In this document: one piece after another, positions 1 through 13,894 of the stretch
Position numbering within the stretch: position 1 is the first letter of the stretch
Layout of the letters: every line of letters begins with the position of its first letter
Origin: Lama glama
Lineage: Eukaryota
DNA: 64,000 bases
Direction: 5' to 3'
NCBI GenBank assembly: GCA_028534125.1
Contig: CM052816.1
Coordinates: 33,792,001 to 33,856,000, forward strand
Translations under genes and position numbers: made by a program
The notes under the pieces: generated by a model
Told to the model about the DNA's origin: nothing
Seen by the model: the letters and a program-made list of their open reading frames with translations, nothing else
Databases searched by the model: none

Positions 1-263
1 CAAAAGTGATACAATATGAAATATACTATCAGAATAGCTCTGTATCTATTAACTAAATTGAATTCACTGGAGGAAAAAAATTGAATTCAAAACCAATAAC
101 CTTACTCAGAAGTAGCCTCCAAGCTCAGGTAGTTTTGCTGGTGAATTTTATCATATAATAACAGTCTTATACAAATACTAAAGAAGAAATAATAACAGTC
201 TTACACAAACTCTCAGAAAGAAGAGGAGCCTACAAGCATCCACATTTGATTTTATAATGTATA

Positions 264-3200
264 CAGTTGACCCTTGAACAATGCAGGGATAAGGGGCACC
301 AATCCCTCCACACAGTTGAAAATCCAAGCATAACTTTCGATTCCCCTAAAACTTAACTGCTAATAGTGTGCTATTGACTGGAAGCCTAGTGATCACATAA
401 ATAGCTGATTAACGTGTTTTGTATGTTATATGTATTACATACTATATTCTTTCAATAAAGTAAGCTAGAGGAAAAAGTTATCAAGAAAATTATAAGAGAA
501 AATATATTTATAGTATTGAACTGTATTGTTACTATATGTTTATTTACATCATCTGTTTACAAGATGAATCATCTGTCAGTAACTGTCAGACATCAATATT
601 GTCTTAGATGGTACAAAACACTGTAGATGTTGTATGTATTAATAATACTAGACATCAAAAAATGAAAAGATAATGTGACAAAGAAATTAATATTTACAGG
701 TATAATGGTTCATGCATTGATATTGAAGAAGCAGCAGTCTGATTGCTTTATGGTAGGTAAGTGCAATCCATACGACTGCTTCATGATGGCATAGCCTATA
801 TGCTAATGACTGAATCACTATAAAACTTTTTGTGGCATACAGTATTATAGCCGTACTCCTTATTCAGTACTGGAAACACTATTAGATTTTAAAAAACCCT
901 CTTACCAGTGATTATAGGCTGATATGCAGTTTCTCCAATCATGAGAGAGGCACACTGTACAGTAATTAATTATTTGAAAGCAAAGTTATGAAACAGTAAG
1001 TAGACTAACATGTTATTAATTATATGTTAAATATCACTCACCTCATGCCTATGTCAGGATAGGCTATCCACTTTACGTCTTGCACACGGTGTTCTACGTG
1101 ATGAATACTTAGGCAATGATGATGATGACACAAAAACATCTCATACAGTTCTTGCTGTACAGTTATTAGATTTTCACACAAAGACATTCATATATACATA
1201 CACAACAAATGTGTCTATTAACTGTATGGCATGATGATTGTTTACTATTTATTAAGTGAAAGTGGCTCTCATAAAGGTCTTTATCCTCATTGTCTTCACA
1301 TTGAATAGGCTGAGAAGGAGGAAGAGGAGGGGTTGGTCTTGCTGCCTCAGGGGTGGCAGAGGTAGAAGAGGTGGAGGAAGTAGAGAGGAAGGCAGAAGAG
1401 GCAGGCACACTCGGTGTACCTTTATGGAAATACATCCTAATTTCTGTCTGACTTTGTTGCTTTCTCATTTCTCTAAAAATGTTCCATTATGGTATCAATT
1501 ATTCTTCCACCATTTGCTTTAGTTGCAGTGCCCATATCATAGAAGGACCGTTGTCATTAAGGAAGTCAAAAGCAGTCGTGAATAACCGGAACCCTTCTGC
1601 CAGATTGTCTAAAGTCAATTTGATTTCTGGAGTTGCTGCTTCTACATTCTTCCTCACTGTCTGGTGCTGGTTTGGAAGCACTAATCTCCATCAAATCATC
1701 TTCTGTTCATTCATCCGGTGTGATGTCTTTAAGCTTTTAAATTTCTCCAAGATCTATATTTTGAAACCGTTCACTCCCAACTTTTTTTTTTTTTGTCATG
1801 TCCACAGTCTCTTTCATAATTTTCTTGATTGGCATTGTTATAAGTCCTGTGCAGTCATGCACAACATTTGGAGACAGTTTTCTCCAGCAGGAATTTATTG
1901 TTACTTTGGGCTTGATGGCTTTCATGGCTTTTTTTAAATAGCATCTTCAATGGTATAATCCTTCCACATCCTCATGATGTTCTCTCTGTCAGGGTTCTCT
2001 AGCATGGTGTTGACAATCCTTCCCATAGAGTTCCATGTGTAATGAGCCTTAAAGCTCTTTATGACCCCCTGAATTAGACATATTGTGTTTGGTGGCAAGA
2101 AGATCACTTCAGTGCCTTCAGTGTTGAACTCATGGGTTCTGGGTGGCCAGGGGCATTGCCCCAAATCAAAAGAACTTTAAAAGGCGGTCCCTTATTGGCA
2201 ATGTACTTCCTGACTTCAGGGACAAAACATCAATGGAACCAATCCAGAAAAAGAGTTCTTGTTGTCCAGCCATTCTTGTTGAACAACCAAAAGACTGGCA
2301 GCTGGTTATTTCTCTTGTCCCTTCAAGGCTTGAAAGTTAGCAGCTTTATAGATGAGAGTAGTTCCAATCATAAACCCAGCTGCATTTGCACAAAATGTAG
2401 AGCTAGCCAATTTTTTCCTGCCTTAAGTCCTGATGCTCACTTTTCTTCCTCACTAATAAATGTCTTTTGCAGCATTTTTTTCTCCCAAAATAGGGCACAT
2501 TTATCTTCATTAAAACCTATTCAAGCAGATGTCCTTTCTCCTCGCTAATCTTTTTAATGGCATCTGAGACCTCTCCTCCTGTTATCTTGACATTTTTTTA
2601 AATCAAACGCCTTTGTAAAATTATAAAACCATCCTTGGCTGGCATTAAATTCTCTAGCTTTAGATTCTTCACCTTCCTTTTACTTTGTCATATAATGACT
2701 TCACCTTTTCTTAAATTGTATTATAGTGTATAGGTATAGTTTTCTTGCAGCAAACCTGCACCTATGTAAAAGCTGTATTTTTATTATGAGATAAAAAAAA
2801 TTTTTAATGCAAGATTTTCACACCTAGTGGTGTATCTGAAGTGACAACTTTGTGAATTTTCTTTTCTTTTCTTTTTTTTTTTAACAGTGGTCCTTAGGCA
2901 GGATTCATTTATCTTGAAATAGCAGGCAACCGCAGCTGCAGACTTCAATCCACAGCACACATTGAGCAATTCAACTTTTTCTTGTAATATCATGACTTTT
3001 CTCTGCTTCTTGGGAACACTTCCAGTATCACTAGCATCACTTTATGGGTCCAACGGTGTTACTCAAGGTTTGCGGCATTGTGGTAGACACAATGAGAAAT
3101 ATGGTAGAACTGCAAAAGATTGCTTTTTACTGCCACGTGTAATTTACTGGAGCGACCAATCACATGAGGATGATTAGCATCACGTGGTGTTTTAAGTAGA

Positions 3201-3654
3201 TATTCACAACACTTGAACTCATAGCAACAGGAGGTGACTATAGAATCATGACAGTAGTACAGTATTACCACAGGTAATTTTATGTAGTTATGATTTAATA
3301 CTGCATCTTTATGTTTGTTTACATTTCTCTTTACTGTAAGTGGCTCCATGTCTAGTCTGTAAGTGTTTGTGTGCATAAGTTTTCTTAAATTTTAACTTTT
3401 TTATAATAATTTGTGTATACTTTATGGTAATGATAGAGTAGTCTATCATCACATACATAGAGTATGTATATTTTATGTATTCATGACATGTGTAACTTTT
3501 TCTTAATTTTTAAAATATTTCTGGGCTACTTGGTTCATCTGTGAGTATTTTTTTAATTATTGTAAATTTCCAAAAAATTTCCCAGTATATTTATCGAGAA
3601 AAATCCATGAATAAGTGGACCCATGCAGTTCAACTCATGTTCAAGGGTGAACTC
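264..3654 (-). mobile_element. Near full-length Tigger2-family (TcMar-Tigger) DNA transposon
   Basis: TA|CAGTTGACCCTTGAACA at 264 and the inverted TGTTCAAGGGTGAACTC at ~3638-3654. Internal minus-strand pogo/CENP-B-like transposase fragments. Confidence 0.93.
1499..2993 (-). pseudogene. Frameshifted Tigger2 transposase remnant (HTH plus DDE domain)
   Basis: ORF pieces in different frames: 'LQEKVELL...SAAAVACYFKINESCLRT' (HTH, 2784-2993), 'EVIFLPPNTICLIQGVIKSFKAHY' (DDE, 1934-2164), 'INSCWRKL' (1737-1925), 'LTLDNLAEGFRLF' (1499-1681). Confidence 0.88.
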
Positions 3655-3676
3655 TGTGTGTGTGTGTGTGTGTGTA
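3655..3676. repeat. (TG)n microsatellite abutting the Tigger2 TIR
   Basis: tgtgtg run directly after the TIR. Confidence 0.9.
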
Positions 3677-3784
3677 TGAAACAAGCACAAACTTTACAGA
3701 AGAGAAGAGAGAAAACAAGAATTTTTTTTTCCTGAATTATTTCAGAGTAAGATGCAGATCTCATGTCCCTTCATTGACATCATG

Positions 3785-4020
3785 ATGCTGACCAAGAATG
3801 TTGGCAGTTAAAGGAGACCCTACACTGGCGAGGGTAATTGACCTTGAAATATTGACTCTGAAGTAGGGCTGCTTTTACACAATGGAAACAGGGAAGAGTA
3901 TGTTTGTGGCTACATAATCTACCTGAATTCTTCATACTATCCTGCCCAGTTTTGATGGTAAATGGACAAGTGCAGTAGCCAGAACCTGAGAGGGTGTCAT
4001 GACTGAAAACTTAGAATCTC
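3785..4020 (+). mobile_element. ERVL/MaLR internal-region fragment
   Basis: Motifs 'gggtaattgacc...gtagggctgcttttacacaatgg...gatggtaaatggacaagtgcagtagcc' resemble the 3' part of MLT1-int/ERVL-int. Confidence 0.6.
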
Positions 4021-6339
4021 AATTAACAGGATGGAGAAGGTGAACAGAAACTTTTTCAGATGACTGAAAGAAACAGCATTTGAAACTAAAGTGAGGTGAA
4101 TTTTAACTAATGAAAGTAAGTGCTATTTCTCTCAAATAATAAGCAAATGGAAAATAATTGATTCAGTAATTACTACAGACAGGAAAAAATGCAACTAAAA
4201 TATCTGGCTAAATTTACAAATGGAAAAACCATCCTCTTAAAAGAATTAGGGATATACCTCATTAAAGATTGTCTCCTGGAAGGACATCCATGTGCTTAGG
4301 GGTTAGTATTAGCCATAGATCACTTGGTCTGAAAGTCCATGGATCCACTCTAATTTCTATATTCTTAAGTATGTAAATAAGGTCAGATTAAATTGTTCTA
4401 ATCAGACAATTTTTAAAGCAGTGGCTTAATGACTTTGTGCTTAAACCTCTAACTCAAGGTGTATTAGGATAAGTCATCAATTCCTTAATATTAGTAATGG
4501 AAAAGATTTGTCAAGTTTTTTTTTTTCTTTGTATGGCATTTTACTCTTTGCACCACTGTGAGATTTATGGCAACTTAACTAAATAATTTATGACATGTGC
4601 TAATTGTCTAGACACAGAATTGTTGGAAAGTTTTCCTCACATACAGTGACAGGTTTTAGATTCTAGTTAATGTTTTTTGCTTGGCAGTAATTTATATTCT
4701 TTGGCATTACCAAGCTAATTGCTCATCAGAAGATCAAGAGACTCATGTATTGATGTGTAATATCACCATGCTGCATAATGATAGGGTGCTTCTGAAGGAA
4801 CCTTAAATAAATGTCTAACACTATATCCTGTCTGACACTCTGATATCATTGTAACCTCTTCACAGTCCAGTTTCTACCTCATCTGAATTTTTTATGAGAC
4901 ACAATGATTAAAAACATGTCCTGATAAGCATTATAGGAAAGCAGTCTAGAAATCTAAAAAGTGTTGCTGCATGTCATGGCAACAATTCTTTGTCTCGACA
5001 ATTAATATATATCATAAATTATTTAGTGACTTGTTTAGTAAATTTCTAGTTGTTTATGTGAGGCAATTAAGTCCAGAACTTCTTTCATGGTCAGAAGTGA
5101 AAAGATTAGAATGTAGTCTTAGAACCTTAAAAGCCTGGCTCAAATTTCAGCAATCCCATTTTTCTTCCCGCTCTTTGATAGCCTGTATTTAGTTAAGTAA
5201 TATATTTCTCTGTTTCCTCCTGCAAACTCTCTATCCCTCCCTTTCTAGCCTGTCCAAATCCTTTAAGATATCACAGTTTTGATAAGATTCTCATTCTTGG
5301 ATTTCTTCTTCTCAGTTTTTTTGCTTACTCAGTTAACGAAATGAATTATCTTAAGTGGTTTATTTCATCTTCTTATTCCCTTGCTGGAGCACCTCTGACT
5401 TGCATGTAATATTAGATCCAGAATCTCAGTGTCTGCTCATTACCTTACCTCTAAACCATCCCACACTCTCCCTAGACTTCTCACTGTTCTTTATACTCAC
5501 TCAGATCTTTTGTTCATTCTTGTCCCAAGATCTCAAATTCCATCTCCAGGTCTCTACTACTATCTAAATCTTATTCACCCTCTAAAGCACAACTCAAACT
5601 TCATGCCTCATCTTTCTGGCCTTAGCAGTCCTTGTTGATTTTGCCCTCCTCTGATTCTGTATCATTTAGATTATCTATGTCTGGAAAACCATTTAAACAA
5701 AATACTTAATACTTATTAAATGAGTAATACCCAGTACCTAAGCACAAGTAGTTTATAATCTGTAAGTTTTTAAGTAAAGTTCTAATTTTCGTCATTCCCA
5801 GAGAAAGGCTGCATTTCAATTTATGTCCACTTTTAGAAAGATAATTTGAAAGAATATTAATACTCAGAGTTGGATTAGTATAATTCACACCTCAACTTAT
5901 TTTATGAAATTTAAACACTGAGCTTTGAACTTCTCAAATAATCCAACAAACCCACCTTACCTTAAATTTCACTCTCTTTTCCGCAATGTATTCTTTGTAG
6001 TTCTTTTTCTCATTCTGCCCAAATTGAAATGGCAGCCAAATGGCCAAGTAAGATGAAGCATTTTGGAGCAATTAAAAACAAAAAACTAGTACTTCCCAGC
6101 TGGATTGTGATCAGTGGAATTAAGGAGTGGTCAGTGGCTGCCTACAGAGGACTCACAGTCCATCTTGGAATTCATAACACTTGTATCATGATTGTCAACT
6201 TTTTTTTCCCCAACACTTGACTATCAGTTAGACTCAAAAAAGATATCTAAATCTTTAAGACTCTATTAATGGACTTAACATTTAGAACTGTAACATTTAA
6301 TGGGTTGAAAATTTAATAACATCATCACCATCATCATAA

Positions 6340-6545
6340 CCAGCTAATATTTATTGTGCACTCACTGTAATCCACGCATTGTTTTAAGTGCTTACTTTAT
6401 TACTTCATGCAACCCTATGACTTAGGTATTATTATCCCCATTTTAAAGATGATGATACTGAGGTAGGAAGATGGTAAGTAATTTGCCTCAGGATACACAG
6501 CCAGCAGTGGCAAAGTTGGTATTCAAAATCAAGCAGTTTAGTATA
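6340..6545 (-). mobile_element. MIR SINE
   Basis: Core 'caaccctatga...attatccccattttaaagatgatgatactgagg...taagtaatttgcctcaggatacacagc'. Confidence 0.85.
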
Positions 6546-8118
6546 TGGATTCAGGAACTTCAATAAGTAGCAGAACTCACAATAAATACGTTTATTTCTA
6601 TAGTTAAAAGCATCATTGGTTTCTAATTATATTAATTATTGCTTATCATAATCTTTATGTCTTAATATTAGTTTTTGCCTTTGTCTTACTTGGGAAAAGT
6701 AGGAGCCAGACACTCCTTACACAGCAAATTGGATTGCCCAAATTGCTCAAAGGTATTGTATTTTTATTGAGGGATAAAGCTGTAATTATGTTTAAAATTA
6801 GGTTGATTAAGGCAGAAGGAATGTAATAATCACTTATAGGACTTTTATATTCTCATGGACAAATAAGAGTGCAAATTTCTGAGACTATAGAGATATAGAC
6901 TGAATTTTATAACCTACATCAAAACTATCTATTGAATTTAATCGTTCCTATATTATTCTTACAGATCAATTATAAGTCTCGGACGGCTCTTTGAAAGGGC
7001 CTAAATAGCTGAAAGATTACTAATAGTTTCAATAAATTTAAATAAATATGACTGGTATTCAGGAAAAAATTCTAAATGACTTCTCTGACATAATCAGGTA
7101 AAGGAATGCGCTTTATACTACATCCTGTTAAGTATACATACATTCAAGTTTGGCTCCATTCTACATTCCTGTAAGGAATTGAATGGAATGTGCGCTGTTT
7201 AATGTGAGTCACTTGGGAGTTTGATTTTCTGATTTGGACTCATTTGCCCAAATTACACTGAAATCTAGTAAAAAATTAGAAGGTCATAGCATGCTAATAT
7301 GGCCTTCAAATAAAAATACAAAAATGGTAGTTGATGAACATAGAGCTACTCACTCATGCTATTCTTTATTTGTAAAGATAAAAGCAAAAACCAAAAATGA
7401 TGAACTAGGTTTATTGCTTTTTATGATTCTCCTTGCCTTACTACCATAATATACAATATGATGTGTTATTGATTTTTAGAATTTAAATAGCACTTCAAAA
7501 TTTTCCAAATAGATCTAGTTTAAATGACAAATGGTAACATAGCCAAAAGCAAATATTTTTGTGAAACTGCTTGGTGTCTATGCCCTTGAAAAGACATTGG
7601 TTTGAATTCTAATTCTCCATGACAAATGGAGCATGTGAATTTACGGATCCTCCCTCCTGACTCCCACTGCAATGAGCATGAAAATGCACTGAAGGAAACA
7701 AACCCATAATAGAATTAAGAGCAGGAAGTGTAGGGTATTTGTAGATTAGGGAGTTTAAATGCATAAAGCAAATGAAGTATGTGTTCCTTATAGGAGCAGA
7801 AATGAAAACCAATCTGTATCCTAGAGGGACCACAAAGAATCAAAAGGTGTGAAGAGTAGGACTGTGTTGTGGAACAGTGACAATTGAAGTTATTATTTCA
7901 AAAACTCTATACTGAACTGCAGTGTCCTTCACATAGTCCACCACTCCCATCCTTCTGGGTACAAAGAGAGGGCAAATGTGGCAATAGAGTGGAAATAACA
8001 GATCTACAATTTCAAGAGGGCTAGGGTCCCTAATGTGAGACGTAAAATATTTTGGCACGAAATATTTTACTTTGGCGTGACAGTGAATCAGAGTTACTAA
8101 GAAACAGCTCTTCTAAAC

Positions 8119-8848
8119 TGCTCAGGTTATTCAGCTATTATCTCTTAACTTGAAATCCACCCATCTCTCTTTTGTGGTGCTGGAGGTGGGACTGCAAAAC
8201 ACATTTCTGCTTTGTTGGCTTGTCCCCTATTATACTCTGCCAATAGGGGGCCCTAAAAGGAGGCTATGTAGAAGGCTTTCTGGTGGCCTTATCCCAGTAG
8301 CACTTCACCTGGACCACAGCAGTTTATTCCAGTTGTAGCTTTTGGTTCTAGTTTGCAGTTTTTCCAGCAGTCACAGAAATCAGTTTGATTATGTCCCCTC
8401 AGACTTCAATACCAGCTGTGCTGAATCCCTTCCTCAGAAATTTTGGGTTTTGGCTTCACATGGTACTTCCTCCGAGCCTCTAAAGCACCAGGACAAGCTG
8501 AGGAGTGCTTTCTCCTCAGAGATCTTAATCCCAGCTTCTGGCATCTTCTTCTGAACTCCCGAGGTATCTGTGCTAACCAAGCAGTGCTCCTTCCTCAGAG
8601 GTGTCAGCCTTAGTGCCACAGGATCTGCCCCACAAGCTTCTAGGCTATAGTAATTCCAGCTTCATCCCTTTCTTCCCCCACCCTTAGGTGGCATAACTGC
8701 TTACTACAGTTACTACCTTGGTGATAAAAGTGTTCTCTATTGCATTTTTAGTTCTCAAATACCTGGTTAATAATTCTTTATATTAAATACTTCTTGTTAA
8801 AGTAAGTGGGGCTTTTTTTTGTCTCCTGATTGCACCCTGACTGGTACA
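8119..8848 (+). mobile_element. Old ERVL-class solo LTR (LTR33/LTR41-like; subfamily uncertain)
   Basis: 'ctctgccaatagggggcc', ATTAAA signal at ~8782 and terminus 'gtctcctgattgcaccctgactggtaca'. Confidence 0.65.
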
Positions 8849-10489
8849 GAGATAAATTCTACCCACAAACCATTCAAAGCCAGCGCTCCCAGTCAGACAG
8901 GAGGCTGGCTGTCAAAGCAGACGTATATCTTCAGAGGAAACAAAATTAATAAACCCAGTCCTTCATTTATCAACAAAACAGAAAAACAAGGGCCATGAGT
9001 TACTGGGGGAAAAAACACAGCATAAAATATAAACGAACAGATAGATTATGTGATGTTATATAAAGTGGAGATATATTGGGAAACAGAAGAGAACTTGTAA
9101 GTAATTATACCTTGCCTTCTCTAAAAAAATGTGAAAAGATATTGCAACTATATTTTTAAAAGGAGAAGCTGAAAGGGTTTTTAAAGATGAAAACTGCAAT
9201 AAGTGTAATTTTAAAGAAGTAACCAATACTTAAAATACATTTATCTAAATTTTAGAACCTCATGGAATTTCAGAACACTAAAAATAAAAAAGGGACCATC
9301 CTAAACTACCCAGAGCCTAAAACGAATCACTCCAAAAGTAATGAAATTTGAATTTCACGTGAACCTTAAGAATGTTAGCGGGGCGGGGGGTGTGGGGAAG
9401 GGAAATGCCTTCAAAGAGGGAAAGAAAAGAAAGTGAACAAAGAATTTTCGACTTGACCAAACTTGACAATAGGTCGTCAAAGTGAAATAAAGCCTTTCTC
9501 AGATGTAAGTCAGATATTTTTCTATAGTTCCCTCATGTTAAAACAAACCAAAAAACCTCCACAGTGCTTAAGGATTATTGACTTAAAAAAAAAAAAGATT
9601 AAAAAAAAAAAAAGAAATGAGATCTAAGTAGAAGTAGACTTAAATTAGAAGTAGAAGCAAAAGAAAATCAATAAAATTAGGGGTATAGCAATCTAAGGGA
9701 GCCATTCCAGGGTTGTAGGGAGGTCACATGGTACCAAGAAAAATATTTAAGAGAAGAAAATGAGATTATGCCCCAGAGGGTTCCAGAGCCCCGAGAGAAC
9801 CAGCAAGATTTACCCTTACTCTCTCTATCCAGTGCTTATTTCATTATCTTATACTTTGTGGAATATATTTGAAGACAGCAGAGTTTCTAAAGGATTTCAG
9901 AAGCAAAGAGTAGCCTTTCTAGAATTGTTCTTTTGTTTGTCTTATTAAATTGACTGCTCCTGTTAAGTGAAACTTAACCTATTTATTTCCCTTGTATTAT
10001 TTCTTACTAGTTCCCTGGTGTGCCCTTGGTTAGAGATGTGGTTAATTTAGCAGCAGCCTGGATACCCTTTGGCTACCAGGAGAGGGTTTGTAGCAACCTG
10101 TTTGAAAAGAGTTTAGTTCTTTCTTCTCTAAAAGCAGGAAGGAGCATGACTTCCTGGCAGGGGAGTTCACTCAGTGGTGGGGCTGCAAGCTGCAGCCTGG
10201 TCTGCTCTGGGCCCATTTGGAGCTCTACATCTTGGTGAAGAAAGGCTTCAATACAGAATTGGGAAATGCTCAGGATGGGACTCATCATGTTGCTCTCCAC
10301 TCCGCTTTCTATTCTGGGCACATTTGGTCATGTGAGCTTAGAAGTTTTAATGAAAATGTTTTCAGTTCTAACAAAAAGTAATGGTTGTCATTCATTTTGG
10401 TTTCACTGGGTAGCAGGCAACTCTCAGCATTATGTATCTATTATTTCTTCTAATCATCACAAATCTTAACAGTGCACTGCTTCTATACC

Positions 10490-11335
10490 CCTATGGCAGT
10501 GGAAAATTGAAACCTAGGTGTCTCCATTTTGAGGGAAATAGCTAAGTAATATGTGGTAGACACATTCCATAGGAGAAAAAATGAACCAGATACTCACATA
10601 GCACCATATAGAGATCTTAAAATAAAATTTGAGTGAGAAAAAAAAAAACCAAAAAGGAGAGAGAAAGAATAAGACTTAGAGTACTACTTATGTAAAATAA
10701 ACTCAATAATTACAAACAGTATATCCAAAGATACATGCATGTTGAAAAACAAATATCAAACACACTAGAGTTGATGCCTAAAAGGAGAAGTGGCTGGAGT
10801 GGGGAGTGATATTGAAAGTAACAAAATGATAATAAAGAGAAAAGCCTTGTACATCATGATTATGATAGTTTGCAATAAGCTGAGGGATAAAATAAACTCA
10901 GTTCTCTGAACGTTCAAAAACATTTTAAAATGTCATGGATCATAATTAAAATAATACATGTGAAAATGTGTGGAGTGCAGCAACATTTGTACACAGAAGA
11001 ACAACCTTAAATTTTATGATAGAAAATAACCCTTCTAATAATATTCAACTCAAGAAATTAAAAAATGAACTATAAAGTAACCAAAACATTTTAAAAGGAA
11101 TGAAAATAAGCAGCACAAATTGATGAAAGAGTACAAAGATATACTAGAGAATGTAAACAAAGCCAAAAGTTGGTTCTTTGATAAGCACTTGTAAATTTGA
11201 CAGGTTTTCCACTCTATGGACCAAGAAAAATTTAAAAAGAAAAAAAGCACAAATAATAATAGAAATAAGAATAGACCATAACTACAGATCCAGCAGATTT
11301 TTAACGAAATCAGAGAATAAAATGAAAATATTCTG
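10490..11335 (+). mobile_element. Old L1M fragments (3' end plus ORF2 piece)
   Basis: A-rich sequence with the L1 ORF2 motif 'aaacaaagccaaaagttggttctttga'. Confidence 0.65.
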
Positions 11336-11899
11336 CATGTGCTTTTATTTCAGGCCAGCCCCCAGCCCTTTTTCCTTTGCTCTGCTGCTGTAGGATTGCA
11401 GTCTCCAATAAGCCATCAGTGCTGAAGACTCACTGAGGGCTTTGTTTTTTAGAAAAATTAGGCTAAAGCAAAGCGCAGCATGGAATCTTGGAGGGATTTT
11501 CAAGTTGGTTCAACTGTCTATTTTGTTTGAGTATTTAGTTTAGATATTTAGTATGAAGAACAAAATATTTCAGATAAACCAGGCTAGATGATAAGTACAC
11601 AGGTGTTAATTATATTGTTTTATTTATTCATAAGTCTTGAAAAAGTGCTTAAGTGTAATTTTTAAAAATAAGCTTCCTCTACTAGAAATGTTTTTGTAAA
11701 TTAGCTATTTTCTTCCCTGTGCTTGTCCTCTGAAGTTTTCTTTCTCTCTATAAAGACAATTAAATTAAATTCTTTTACATCTCACATACTTATTGTCAAG
11801 AATAAATCCTTTTATCCCACCTGACTCAGGTTTCTTTTTAATGACTCTACATTTGGAAATAAGCATTGGTGCTTCTCGAAGAGATACCATACATTACTG

Positions 11900-12328
11900 C
11901 TGTGCTTTGCCACCCAGTGCCCCTTCAGACTGAAGGACTACTTCCCCATGCTTGTAAGAATGTTGTTGGATGACAGCTCAGCCTTAGCCCGCTTTGGGAC
12001 TTGCTTCTGCTGAAAAGAGTTGCCTTGCCAAAGTTCAGGTCCCCTTCTTAGGGTAGACCACATTCAGTGGCTGATTGACACATGAGTATGAAGACTCAGC
12101 CCCTTACTACAACTCATGCAAGTCTAATGGGCCATTTCAACATCACGGTTCTCTGCAAGATCATCTGAGGCATTATTGTGACTGCACCCCAACTCAGCTC
12201 CTCCCCCTTTCCCAATCTTTCTTCCATTCTTCACCCCTCACTGGTGACTCTTAAGAGCATTCCTTAAGAAGCTTCTTCCTTGCTGATCTGCATATGCAGT
12301 CTACCTCCCACAAAAGCCACTCTGACAA
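11900..12328 (+). mobile_element. LTR16-like ERVL solo LTR
   Basis: 'tgccacccag...gactgaagga...gagttgccttgccaaag...tgtgactgcac...ctctgaca' follows the LTR16 layout. Confidence 0.7.
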
Positions 12329-13894
12329 GGGGCAGTGTACCAGTTGGAAAAGGAACATATATTGAAATCAGACATGTGCTTATTTTAATCCTAGTTCTGC
12401 ACCAACTCTTCAGCTTGGACTGCCTGAGTCTTAATATCTTTACGTGTAAAATGAGTATTATGCTTTCCTCATAAAGTTTTTGAGAATGTATTTAAGTTCT
12501 CAATAGCTTTAGCAATGTTGATGACAATAATGGTTATAATTATTATTGCTTTTTTTAAAATGAGGTGATATCACAGAATTCAGCAAGAGCAATAATTCTC
12601 TCAACCTTCCTTCCTCTTCCCCCCTCATTCCTTCCCTCCCTCGCCCCCTTCCTTCCTTCCTTTAACTGAAATCATATGTAGATCCTAATACTTAACCTCT
12701 TAAGTTCATCTGCAGAGCTCTAGGATTTCTCAGAACACAGTATTAAAACCACCAACCTATAGGCACTCTAAGGTACTCAATCTGGTATTTCAAAAGAATA
12801 AACTAACCATTACACAATGTTATGTCACAAGCCAGACATTAGTAGCATTAGGCTTCTAATAGATTTCTCCACAACCACTACCCTAAGAAAATAAACACAT
12901 ATCTTTATCAGAATAATATGAACCTGTTGAAACATGTATAAGCATTTCAGTTTATTCCTTAGCTCACCGTCTTTAAACTTCCTTTTTGAGAGGAAATATG
13001 AATCACTTCTTTGGTGTGAATCATCAATTTCAATTTTCTTAGTTGACTAATGTTTCTTTGGGCCCTGTTATGAACAGATAGTAGTTAGCTTTATTTTTTA
13101 ACTCTAAGAGTTTTTAAAAATTCAGAGATTACAGTTCTTTGTTTTCTTTATAAGATTCAAGGCTTCTTTATTGAGTAACCACCAACTTCTTTACCTGTGA
13201 TACTTTCTTGGCCTTAAAACAGTCCTTTTAGGTTTATTAGCCCATTTCAGAAATGCAGAAAGTATGAGTCAGGGAGGTCAAGTACCCTTCCCAAGGTCAA
13301 AAGTTAAAGAAAAAAGAGTTAGGATTTGGACTCATGTCTTTTGACACCAAGTTTTACATCACCTTTCCTGTGCCTCTCACCTTTTAAGTCAAATATTTAC
13401 TACTGTCCACATGAATTACAAAAAAATGATTTAAATTCTAAAACAAATCCTTAATAATGCTAGATAATTAAGGCTGAATTTTGCTGAATATTAAATCTAG
13501 TTGTGATTGCTTCTTTGTTAACATTTTACACTAAAAGGACTATGATAGTTGTTTAAAACTGAGAACATGTTGGATGGTATTATATCATACAATTTTTTTT
13601 TCTATGCATAATACTATATAAACTGATGCATATAATGTTTGGGGTTTTTTTGTGTGCAACTGCGAGAACTGCCAAATAACTCTGACATATTGCTCAACCT
13701 TCCCAGGTAAGATGATGAGCTGTCAGGTATAGCAAGAACATCTATACCATCTATTATATTTTACATGATATATTTCCTGGAACAAAGCAATTTTTATTTT
13801 ATATATATATATATTTTCTAGGTAACTATTAAAAATATGTATATTATATATAATTTTTTCTAGGTATCTATTTAAAATATATATATATATATAA

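Noticed and set aside
1499..2993. Domesticated TIGD-type gene
   Set aside because: Multiple frameshifts and stops, with TIRs retained.
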